DNA of 64,000 nucleotides from a virus. The notes under the pieces were generated by a model. It saw nothing but the letters and a program-made list of their open reading frames with translations. It searched no databases and was not told where the DNA came from. The DNA lies in the IMG/VR virus record IMGVR_UViG_3300045988_095676, positions 26,969 to 90,968 of that record. The stretch is one strand, 5' to 3'. Position numbers and translations under genes: made by a program. Below are positions 8,521 through 15,754 of this stretch, piece by piece (the first letter of the stretch is position 1; every line of letters starts with the position of its first letter).

Positions 8521-8705
8521 ATGTGTTATTATAACATATTGATTATAAGCCACTTAAATAAGCATATATCCTACATATTAATGTACGCGTATAACACTGC
8601 TCTCGTTCGTTTTATAACTTTCTGATAATCAGATAATATAATCGAAATTAATACAAATTAACAAAAAAAAGATATCATATATATTTGTAGTATTGATAAA
8701 TGTCG

Positions 8706-8713
8706 TATATTTG
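8706..8713 (+). promoter_or_regulatory. -7 promoter box TATATTTG (second copy at 8680-8687)
   Basis: Matches TAnnTTTG. It is followed by the hairpin cgtgatc-gagaga-gatcacg. Confidence 0.4.
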
Positions 8714-8858
8714 CGTCGTGATCGAGAGAGATCACGAGTTAACATAGTGAACCTATATAGTGTACCCGTTGGGCTAACTATATATGTATCTGTAATTGCC
8801 TGCGTTGTGGGTCATTAATTTGAATATCATTTGTTTAACAATTAAAATATATTGGGAT

Positions 8859-9398
8859 ATGATTACGAAAAAAAATGTAAACAAACTACAGAATGCCGTT
8901 ATCAAAGAAAATGCTGCAAATTTGGTAGGTGCTGTTAAACTGTACAACGCTCTATTTGCTAATGGAGCTGATCTAAAGGCTATTTGCAAGGCTTTGGAAA
9001 TACCGGCAGAATACGCCGTAAAGGTTGCAGCCCTCGCCAAGGATAAAAAACGCCTGGTAGCCGTGTGTAGCCAAATGTTACCGAAAGTTGATAATACCTT
9101 TGTTAAATTTGCTTTATACTCTAAAGTATATAAGGATACCAATGCGGACAAAGAAAAAGGAATTGAAGCTAAAACGGCTGATTGGTGCGCTGAGAATGTG
9201 GTTTACGGTAGCGAATATAAAGCATTTGGTTTTACTACTGCCGAATCATTGGAGAATAAAAAAAGTACTAAATGGTTGGTAAAAGAAACCGACGAGTACA
9301 AATCTACTTATGTGGCTGTTAAGATCAAATCTTATTCTATTCGCACTGTGGCAAAGTGTGTAAGTGAATACCTCGCACATGAAAGCAACCAGCAGTAA
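8859..9398 (+). CDS. hypothetical protein
   Basis: ATG 8859 inside ORF 8796..9398, preceded by the 19-nt element TGTTTAACAATTAAAATAT. Isolated between two long non-coding regions. Confidence 0.6.
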   Translation: MITKKNVNKLQNAVIKENAANLVGAVKLYNALFANGADLKAICKALEIPAEYAVKVAALAKDKKRLVAVCSQMLPKVDNTFVKFALYSKVYKDTNADKEKGIEAKTADWCAENVVYGSEYKAFGFTTAESLENKKSTKWLVKETDEYKSTYVAVKIKSYSIRTVAKCVSEYLAHESNQQ

Positions 9399-9960
9399 CA
9401 AGGCACGGAGAGCGCCGTTAAGCTCTCCAAAGGTTTGACGCGTACCGTTAAACGCGTCTGTACGCCGTTGTCAGTGGGTGCACGTCCCGCGTATGCTTTA
9501 GACTGAAGCTGACAAAACAGAGAGTTATTTTACATATTGGAGATAGATATACCGGTATCGAGGCCGTTGGCAATTAAAAATACGGTATTGCTGCATGAAC
9601 TGCACTAAATAAGTGTGGTTTATGTTAGGTATGTTAGTACAGTTTGGAAAACATACCGTTGTACGCGGTTTATCTCCAGACCGAAACGTGTCTTACTTGC
9701 CTACACGTAAAATAGGACAAGGCTGTAGATTAAATTACAGGGTATAAACATGTAGCCTACCATGTAGGAGCGTGATATATCAAAGCGCAAGGACACAATC
9801 GCCTTTATTTGTGGCTAAGTTGTGTAGCAGACGGAAAATATAATAACAACATAGTACGAGCCTGTACGCAAGAACTACGTACTAATTACGGGCTGTTGGT
9901 TGTAGCATAAAATCTCTATAGGATAGGAATGCGTGTCCGGTTCGATTCCGGAGCAACCTC
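9399..9960 (+). ncRNA. candidate large structured non-coding RNA ending in a tRNA/tmRNA-like T-arm
   Basis: No ORF. Many local hairpins, five CCGTTR motifs, an 8-bp long-range pairing (9538-45 with 9671-78) and a 3' end tccgg-ttcgatt-ccgga-gcaacc. Confidence 0.35.
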
Positions 9961-9983
9961 TAAATTATAAATAATATAATAGC

Positions 9984-10154
9984 ATGGAAAAGAAAGCAAT
10001 GATCAACGCTTTAATTGAAGCGTTCAATAAATCTAAAAACAGTTGCGTAAAAATAACATTGCGTAACTATATCGAGACGGTGGAAACATTGAGCGAAAGT
10101 GAGTACAAAGAGGCGGAAGGTTTCTATATCGAAGCACTTAACCGCTGGAGTTAA
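9984..10154 (+). CDS. hypothetical protein (56 aa, below the ORF-track cutoff)
   Basis: Hand-translated ATG..TAA ORF MEKKAMINALIEAF...NRWS. Confidence 0.45.
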   Translation: MEKKAMINALIEAFNKSKNSCVKITLRNYIETVETLSESEYKEAEGFYIEALNRWS

Positions 10155-10176
10155 TCATAATTAAAGCATAAAGAAA

Positions 10177-10383
10177 ATGGAAAGGAAATTTAAATCTTAT
10201 ATGGTAGACGTCCGCGGTCTGTCCAGGAAAGAAGCTAAAGAAAAGCGGAAAAGAGCGTATCGGGAATTTATGTTGTATCGTGATCTCAAAGAAGCGTATC
10301 ATGCCGATACAGGAAAGGACAAATGCAAACGTAAAGTCCATACATCACGAACATACGTGAAAGAAAACATAAACAGTATTTAA
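10177..10383 (+). CDS. small basic hypothetical protein
   Basis: ORF track, followed directly by a strong terminator. Confidence 0.55.
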   Translation: MERKFKSYMVDVRGLSRKEAKEKRKRAYREFMLYRDLKEAYHADTGKDKCKRKVHTSRTYVKENINSI

Positions 10384-10391
10384 ATAGGGAT

Positions 10392-10426
10392 AGGGTTGTT
10401 CCGAATATCGGAGCAGCCCTATTTTT
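10392..10426 (+). terminator. intrinsic terminator
   Basis: 12-bp stem agggttgttccg/cggagcagccct (two G-T pairs), 5-nt loop, then ATTTTT. Confidence 0.75.
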
Positions 10427-10488
10427 GTATCCTACTCTTTCTATTTACGGGTAGGATATTCTGAGAGTGAACGGCGGATGTAAGCTAT

Positions 10489-10581
10489 ATTGGTCTAAAA
10501 CGAAACTAAAATATGAGAGTTTGGATACAATGCCGGTATTTTGTCTATATCATGTCGTTGAAATTGGTCTAAAACGAAACT
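10489..10581 (+). repeat. 19-bp perfect direct repeat ATTGGTCTAAAACGAAACT, two copies
   Basis: Copies at 10489-10507 and 10563-10581 (74-bp period). Confidence 0.85.
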
Positions 10582-10583
10582 TT

Positions 10584-10629
10584 AGGCGGTTTTCTGACCC
10601 AAAATAGGGCGTCGGATGCCGCCTTTTTC
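10584..10629 (+). terminator. terminator-like hairpin with internal sub-hairpin
   Basis: aggcgg...ccgcct stem enclosing ccc-aaaata-ggg, followed by TTTTC. Confidence 0.5.
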
Positions 10630-10754
10630 GTCTCTATGGATTGAAAATTAGGCTTATTGTACTTTTCTTAAAAATAAGGTATGCTTGATTATCAATTAGT
10701 TAGGTTTTATGATACCCGTATTTTCGGACACACTTATTGTAAATTTTTTATTTT

Positions 10755-10922
10755 ATGTGGTGGTTTTTATTAGTAGCTGACCTGTATTTTTTATCGGTTG
10801 GAGTAAGGTCTATGTTGGAGTACGGACCGGATCAGTATAATATTGTAATGGTCTTTTGCTTTTCTTTATTGGCTTTGATTATAGGCTTAAATATCTATCT
10901 TGATAGGAGGAGCAGGCGGTAG
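10755..10922 (+). CDS. small membrane protein (55 aa, two hydrophobic helices)
   Basis: Hand-translated MWWFLLVADLYFL...LALIIGLNIYLDRRSRR, TAG stop. Below the ORF-track cutoff. Confidence 0.4.
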   Translation: MWWFLLVADLYFLSVGVRSMLEYGPDQYNIVMVFCFSLLALIIGLNIYLDRRSRR

Positions 10923-11110
10923 GGCGTGGGCTGAAGGCTCTCTATTCTCTCTATGGAATGATATTATCTCTAAATACCCCATACTTCATGCCAGAGTATA
11001 AGCTTGTAGCGCTCTCCGTATGCCGGTAGTGAGGCCGAGAGCGCAGGTTCTATGCGGAAAGCCGGAGGATTAGCCGGGGTTGGAGAGGGGGAGAGGGAGG
11101 GCACTCCCTA

Positions 11111-11250
11111 CCAACAAAATTCAATAGATAAGCGTTTTAAAACAGTGTTCTGTAGATCATTTCCACAAAATTCAATATGATAAGGGTTTAAAACAGCATT
11201 ATATAGGTTCCTTCCAACAGATTAAGGGTTGAGGACTGCATTATGTGAGT
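11111..11250 (+). repeat. three imperfect tandem repeats (core ATWAAGSGTTTAAAACAG..TAG), period about 52 then 42 bp
   Basis: Cores start at 11128, 11180 and 11222. The first two units also share ACAAAATTCAATA. Confidence 0.7.
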
Positions 11251-11285
11251 ATTTTTTTTTAAGCGGGATGTTTAACAATTAAAAT

Positions 11286-11555
11286 ATGGATGGTATGAAC
11301 GTATATGACTTTGCGCCTGACTTAGATTTGAGTAAGGAGGTAGAAGGTTCTATTTTCGGGGTAAAAGGAATAGAAGGCAGTGATGGAATAGTATATGCTA
11401 AGGTAGTTAGCTGTGTAGACGTTAAGGATTACAGTTGTGATAGGTGTATTTTTTATGATTGTTATAAGGATAAATGTTTATTATCGCGTAGTGATAGTTG
11501 TATAGATGGAGATTGGATTTGTAGGTACGAACAGGCTGCCATAGAGGGGGAGTAG
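11286..11555 (+). CDS. Cys-rich hypothetical protein
   Basis: ORF track, preceded by the same 19-nt element as the 8859 gene. Confidence 0.65.
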   Translation: MDGMNVYDFAPDLDLSKEVEGSIFGVKGIEGSDGIVYAKVVSCVDVKDYSCDRCIFYDCYKDKCLLSRSDSCIDGDWICRYEQAAIEGE

Positions 11556-11663
11556 GCGGCGCCTTGGGCTAAGGCCTGCGGTTGTAGGTGGAACGTAGGT
11601 CGGAGCAGAGCCGGAACAGTTTATTGTGGAACTAAAAAAAAATAAAAAGGAGGAGATAGCGAT

Positions 11664-11744
11664 ATGAAAAAGGCATTTAAGATATTTTCTATTATGTTTG
11701 TCATAGAAATAGTGCTGATAGCTATTTTAGATGCTATGGCGTAA
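11664..11744 (+). CDS. 26-aa hydrophobic peptide
   Basis: MKKAFKIFSIMFVIEIVLIAILDAMA, preceded by an unusually strong AAAGGAGGAG Shine-Dalgarno-like sequence. Confidence 0.4.
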   Translation: MKKAFKIFSIMFVIEIVLIAILDAMA

Positions 11745-11787
11745 GTGAGAAAAATTTCTTCATTAATTTTCTTATGCTTTAGACAGA

Positions 11788-11815
11788 ATGCTCCCATCTG
11801 CGAAGATCGGAGCAT
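11788..11815 (+). promoter_or_regulatory. conserved-loop hairpin B
   Basis: 7-bp stem atgctcc/ggagcat, 14-nt loop catctgcgaagatc. Confidence 0.6.
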
Positions 11816-11823
11816 TTGCTTTA

Positions 11824-11868
11824 TGGGATTCATGGTGCAGCAAGTCGGTTCGATTCCGGCGATCTCAC
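11824..11868 (+). ncRNA. tRNA-like acceptor/T-arm minihelix (not a full cloverleaf)
   Basis: Acceptor tgggatt/gatctca (7 bp including G3:U70), 13-nt linker, T-arm gtcgg-ttcgatt-ccggc. No D or anticodon arm. Confidence 0.4.
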
Positions 11869-11891
11869 ACAACATTAAAATAGGGAAGAAC

Positions 11892-12296
11892 ATGTTAAAA
11901 GAAGAATTTGAAGAACTGATTAAAAGGGAGGTAAACGAAAATCAGTATAAAAACATAGAAACGGCATACGAGGCTTTGCCGGAGTATATGGATAAGATGT
12001 ATTTAGCAAGTGCTATTTCAAATGATATTGGGAAAGCTATTAATGTCTTATCGTTTTTAGGATCGCATATAAGCGAGTTAATGGGTTCGATAATAATCGA
12101 AAGGCAAAAGGTGGAATCATGTGCCTATGATTTAATAAACAAATCGCATGAGGAGGATGACTTGAAAGCAAGAGAGATTGCCGTGCGATTAATAGGAGAG
12201 AGGGAAACAGTGGCATACACAGTAAAAGAAGGGCTGCCATTGTGGGAACAAGATAAAAAGTTTATAATAGAATTAATAAAGGAGGATAGAAAATGA
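11892..12296 (+). CDS. hypothetical protein
   Basis: ATG 11892 inside ORF 11745..12296. The upstream part of that ORF overlaps the RNA elements. Confidence 0.65.
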   Translation: MLKEEFEELIKREVNENQYKNIETAYEALPEYMDKMYLASAISNDIGKAINVLSFLGSHISELMGSIIIERQKVESCAYDLINKSHEEDDLKAREIAVRLIGERETVAYTVKEGLPLWEQDKKFIIELIKEDRK

Positions 12297-12622
12297 AAGA
12301 CGGTATTGTATTGCATCCAGAGCATGGGTTGAATCCATCCATAGAACTATGCATAGTATGCGGTGAAGAGATGGGGATTGCTTTATTAGGGAATAACATC
12401 AAAGGGCAGGCGCCGCATCATATATGCACGGGAGAAATATGTGACAATTGCAAAAAGATAATAGATGACGGAGGTTGTTTTATTATCGAAGTTGAGGATG
12501 GATCAGATCAAAAGAATCCGTATCGTACAGGGAGATATTGCGCGATAAAGAAAGAAGCAGCAAAGAAAATACTTGGACAGGAGCATAGTATTGTGTACAT
12601 GGAAAAGTCTGCGTACAGTTAA
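12293..12622 (+). CDS. zinc-ribbon hypothetical protein
   Basis: ORF track, CIVCG...CDNC cysteine pairs, ATGA overlap. Confidence 0.65.
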   Translation: MKDGIVLHPEHGLNPSIELCIVCGEEMGIALLGNNIKGQAPHHICTGEICDNCKKIIDDGGCFIIEVEDGSDQKNPYRTGRYCAIKKEAAKKILGQEHSIVYMEKSAYS

Positions 12623-12648
12623 ATAATACCACAAAAATAAAGAAAGAT

Positions 12649-12963
12649 ATGTTTGCAAAAGAAGAGCGATTATTCATATGGAAAAAGGTATATGAGATGA
12701 TTGATAGGTTAGAGGATGGGGAATACATATGTGTTGCGTTAAGAAATGTAGTGTTTATGTATTTCAAAACACATAAAAATATCTATGAGTTTCGTTCAGA
12801 CGAAATGGTGAGAATATATTTCCCGGAATTGGAAGAGAAGATAAGTATGGCCACAGAACCAGAGGAAACAAGAACGTTTTATGGGTGGTTTGGTTGTCTT
12901 AGTCCAGAAACGAAGGAGGTAAGGCTGAATATTGTGAAAGATATTATAAAAGAATTAGAATAG
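12649..12963 (+). CDS. hypothetical protein
   Basis: ORF track. Confidence 0.6.
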   Translation: MFAKEERLFIWKKVYEMIDRLEDGEYICVALRNVVFMYFKTHKNIYEFRSDEMVRIYFPELEEKISMATEPEETRTFYGWFGCLSPETKEVRLNIVKDIIKELE

Positions 12964-13009
12964 TATTTTTGTTAATCTATTTTATTCATCAAATTAAGTT
13001 TTGGGTTTT

Positions 13010-13039
13010 GGCATGTCGGTTCGTGAGGATAGGCATGCC
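13010..13039 (+). promoter_or_regulatory. conserved-loop hairpin C
   Basis: 6-bp stem ggcatg/catgcc. The 18-nt loop tcggttcgtgaggatagg matches the hairpin E loop at 14 of 18 positions. Confidence 0.6.
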
Positions 13040-13056
13040 TATTTCTGCATCATAGA

Positions 13057-13117
13057 GGGGATGACGCGGCGTGCCGGTGCGTATGTGCCGGTCCTGGTTC
13101 GATTCTGGGCATCTCAC
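13057..13117 (+). ncRNA. tRNA-like acceptor/T-arm element (not a full cloverleaf)
   Basis: ggggatg/catctca pairing (6 bp including G3:U70), 29-nt GC-rich linker with a gtgccggt direct repeat, T-arm cctgg-ttcgatt-ctggg. Confidence 0.35.
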
Positions 13118-13138
13118 AAACAATAAAACAAAAAAGTT

Positions 13139-13372
13139 ATGAGAATATATAAGAATGATATTATAAAGGCGTCAGCAATAAGCACCGGAGCCGACAGAGG
13201 CGTGTTGCTGTGTTCAATAACAGATTCAGGCTTTACGTCTATAGCGGGCGTAATATCGGCTGTTAAGGATAGGTTACCAAACGAAGATCACAAGAAGATG
13301 GTTTTTGAAATCTTGAATGATACGAAAAAAGAGTACGGAAGATATAATAATTGCGGAACAAAAGTATTGTAA
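13139..13372 (+). CDS. hypothetical protein
   Basis: ORF track. Confidence 0.6.
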   Translation: MRIYKNDIIKASAISTGADRGVLLCSITDSGFTSIAGVISAVKDRLPNEDHKKMVFEILNDTKKEYGRYNNCGTKVL

Positions 13373-13426
13373 TAAAGAGTAGAAAACAATATGTTTATGT
13401 AATATTAGTTTTTTCATTTTTATTGA

Positions 13427-13460
13427 AAGGAGCGCCGGCCTGTGAAGGTATGCGCTCTTT
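13427..13460 (+). promoter_or_regulatory. conserved-loop hairpin D
   Basis: 9-bp stem aaggagcgc/gcgctcttt (one G-T pair), 16-nt loop cggcctgtgaaggtat. Confidence 0.6.
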
Positions 13461-13491
13461 GTATTTGTATAATGCATAAAACAATAATAAT

Positions 13492-13746
13492 ATGACAGAG
13501 AATAGTATATACGTAAATATCGTACCTGTAAAGAATGGTATGAAACGTGTTGTGGTATCATATTACCATTATTCACGCAAGGAGAAAGATCGCATGAGTT
13601 CCCAAACGGATTACGTTTGGGAAACAAAGAATGAAGAAATGTTTAAATACTTTGAGGCCAGGAGGACAAAAGTATTTTATAGTCAGATTCGTGCCATGTG
13701 TAGATTCTATGGCAAGAAAAATGTACGTAAATACAAAAAGTTATGA
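13492..13746 (+). CDS. hypothetical protein
   Basis: ORF track. Confidence 0.6.
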   Translation: MTENSIYVNIVPVKNGMKRVVVSYYHYSRKEKDRMSSQTDYVWETKNEEMFKYFEARRTKVFYSQIRAMCRFYGKKNVRKYKKL

Positions 13747-14552
13747 TATTAAAAACGACAACCAACGAGTTTTGTTTCATTAACGTAAGTTTCTACGAAA
13801 CAATAGCAGATCCTCGTCATTTCTTTGAACAGGATTATGAAGAGATGCCAGAATATGAGGAGGAATCGGATTTTGATTTTGATTCTTATTACAATAAGTT
13901 TATTCCTTTTGTACAGGAATGGGCGAATGAGGTAAGTGAACGCCTTTACGGATATGGCGTGAATAGTATAAAGGTAACATCGGTCGGATATCCGAAAGAA
14001 TATAATTATGGTACTGATTGGATGAACGTAGAGGTAGAGTTTTGTGATGAATGGAGGCAAAAGATGTTATCTAACATTAGTAAGATTGTCAATGATGATA
14101 AATGCAAGAAGTATGCGGAGACTAATTACCGGTCGGTATCAGGATACATCTTTTTAGGACCTGAAGATTTAAAGGAATTTGAAAAGGAAATAATAGAAAG
14201 AAAGTCGGATTCCGGATATGATGTAACAATATTATTAAATATGTATCTAACTTTGGCTTTTGTAAAAGAATTTGGATTTAAAGCCGGAGAAGCATGGAGT
14301 GAAATAACAGAATATGCTTACGGATGTTTATCGTATTCCGATTTTGCAACAACAGAGATGCTTATACCGGAAGGTTCGGAGCATTTATTCAAAGACATTT
14401 ACACGGCAAAGGCCGACGAATTATATCATCATGTCCTGGATAAATTCGGATGGGCGTGGCGTGATCCGAAATATAAGTCAGAAACAGAATTATGCGCGAT
14501 GCTAAAGTGGGCAAAAGAAAAAGGCTTGACCATTGAAGAGTTAAGTATTTAA
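13743..14552 (+). CDS. acidic hypothetical protein
   Basis: ORF track, ATGA overlap. Confidence 0.7.
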   Translation: MILKTTTNEFCFINVSFYETIADPRHFFEQDYEEMPEYEEESDFDFDSYYNKFIPFVQEWANEVSERLYGYGVNSIKVTSVGYPKEYNYGTDWMNVEVEFCDEWRQKMLSNISKIVNDDKCKKYAETNYRSVSGYIFLGPEDLKEFEKEIIERKSDSGYDVTILLNMYLTLAFVKEFGFKAGEAWSEITEYAYGCLSYSDFATTEMLIPEGSEHLFKDIYTAKADELYHHVLDKFGWAWRDPKYKSETELCAMLKWAKEKGLTIEELSI

Positions 14553-14565
14553 TTGTTAAACATAA

Positions 14566-14597
14566 GGCAGTAGTGGTGCGTGAGTATAGGTGCTGCC
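14566..14597 (+). promoter_or_regulatory. conserved-loop hairpin E
   Basis: 7-bp stem ggcagta/tgctgcc, 18-nt loop gtggtgcgtgagtatagg. Confidence 0.6.
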
Positions 14598-14615
14598 GTT
14601 AAAATATTTTATAAG

Positions 14616-14864
14616 ATGAAAAAAGAAGAGATTCAAACTATTTTATACACAATCAAAGAAGGAGACAGTATTAAAATCAAAGTACAAGACAAAAGTGAAG
14701 AGATAAGACTGCGGGATCATGTAAGAAGAGTACAGAAATACGGATACAGGTTTTGTTTGTCTCATTTACATGATGGAATTTTCTATCTGGAGAAGTTGAA
14801 AGAAGGGGATAAGGATAAATACTATAGAGTAATAAACAGAGGAAATGGAAAGACCGGAGTATAA
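14616..14864 (+). CDS. hypothetical protein
   Basis: ATG 14616 inside ORF 14580..14864, downstream of hairpin E. Confidence 0.55.
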   Translation: MKKEEIQTILYTIKEGDSIKIKVQDKSEEIRLRDHVRRVQKYGYRFCLSHLHDGIFYLEKLKEGDKDKYYRVINRGNGKTGV

Positions 14865-15138
14865 TAAGCTACGCAAAATGGCTAAGACTACTCCAGGTCT
14901 GATAGTGGACGAGGTGCAAAACATGATGCGTGTATCGCTATACGATAATGGGGAACTTAAGAAGGTGGTAGTAGTAATGAAATGCGATTCTTTTTTACAG
15001 TCAAAAAGTAACATAGAAAAGATAATGTTATTATCATCTTCTATAGAAGATAGAAAAAACAAAGAAAAAAATAAAACAAAATCAGAAAATGAACAGAATA
15101 ACAAAAATAAGAGAAGAAATAGGAGGAAAACAGGTTGA
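14845..15138 (+). CDS. hypothetical protein with Lys/Asn/Arg-rich tail
   Basis: ORF track. Confidence 0.5.
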   Translation: MERPEYNKLRKMAKTTPGLIVDEVQNMMRVSLYDNGELKKVVVVMKCDSFLQSKSNIEKIMLLSSSIEDRKNKEKNKTKSENEQNNKNKRRNRRKTG

Positions 15139-15472
15139 TTTGACCTTTTACGGGCGCTTTTGCAGCCTTATCGAAGGTGATAGGAAGATAATACTAAGGG
15201 CAATAAAAAACGGTCGTAAAAAAGGCGTAATCGGGGCCATTCAGCCTGGGAGACATGACAGAATTTGGACCACATGGTCTATTGCTTTTGATGATCTGAG
15301 GGTAGGGGATACGGTAGAGTTCAGTACATCTGGAAAATACAATCCCGGATTTCATGCTACGGAAAAGTATGTAGGGTGTGTAGAATGGATAAGGGGATCG
15401 GAATGTGCGATAAAAACCGGCAATGGAATAGCAGTAGTATTAATTAAACATGTAGAAAGGGTGGTAAAATAA
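15089..15472 (+). CDS. hypothetical protein
   Basis: ORF track. Confidence 0.6.
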   Translation: MNRITKIREEIGGKQVDLTFYGRFCSLIEGDRKIILRAIKNGRKKGVIGAIQPGRHDRIWTTWSIAFDDLRVGDTVEFSTSGKYNPGFHATEKYVGCVEWIRGSECAIKTGNGIAVVLIKHVERVVK

Positions 15473-15753
15473 TGGATTTAAGGATGTTTATAGACCTATT
15501 TCAGGAGATTGAGGTAGAGAACTTGTTTAAAGCGTTAGATTTATGTATGGAATATGTAAGATTAGATTTACATGTGTTTAATGTAGGAGCTTATGTAACG
15601 TGTTCATACAGTAATGATCTTGAATCTCTTTCACAGGCAGAAGGTTGTAATGTGAATATGATAATAGAGGTACCCCACTTATTCGAAGCATTCATGGAAT
15701 ATGCTTCACCGGAAATGAAGTTGTATTATGAAAAACTAACAGAGATAGTATAA
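15472..15753 (+). CDS. hypothetical protein
   Basis: ORF track. Confidence 0.6.
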   Translation: MDLRMFIDLFQEIEVENLFKALDLCMEYVRLDLHVFNVGAYVTCSYSNDLESLSQAEGCNVNMIIEVPHLFEAFMEYASPEMKLYYEKLTEIV

Positions 15754-15754
15754 T

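Noticed and set aside
9451-9500. Template repeat (TR) for the putative DGR variable region, suggested by shared AACGCGT and CGCGTNTGCTTT strings with 5453-5497.
   Set aside because: The shared strings are spaced differently (37 versus 31 nt) and the intervening sequence does not align. The resemblance is coincidental CG-rich similarity.
9399-9960. Bona fide tmRNA (T-arm plus acceptor 3' end, TAGGAAT upstream of the T-arm, ...YAL-like codons at 9491-9505).
   Set aside because: I could not find a 5' acceptor strand with the GGGG-type start and G3:U70. The putative tag ends ALD-stop rather than LAA. The length to the only plausible 5' end (~555 nt) is too great. Reported only as an unclassified structured RNA candidate.
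10489-10581. Possible mini-CRISPR array (two identical ATTGGTCTAAAACGAAACT repeats with a GTCTAAAAC-like core).
   Set aside because: There are only two copies, the repeat is just 19 bp, the spacing is 55 bp, and there is no cas gene or leader. This fits a duplicated RNA or regulatory module better. Kept as a repeat feature only.
9898-13117. Three extra canonical tRNA genes suggested by perfect GGTTCGATTC T-loops at 9939, 11847 and 13096.
   Set aside because: Hand folding leaves only 13-32 nt between the acceptor 5' strand and the T-arm. No D-arm or 5-bp anticodon stem with a 7-nt loop can be drawn, and no distant 5' half or intron arrangement fits. Called tRNA-like, not tRNA.
9936-13117. tRNA 3'-end fragments as attP sites of a temperate phage.
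   Set aside because: No integrase, excisionase or repressor was recognised in 64 kb. There are three different fragments, and each is embedded in the hairpin/gene-punctuation pattern. There is no support for lysogeny.
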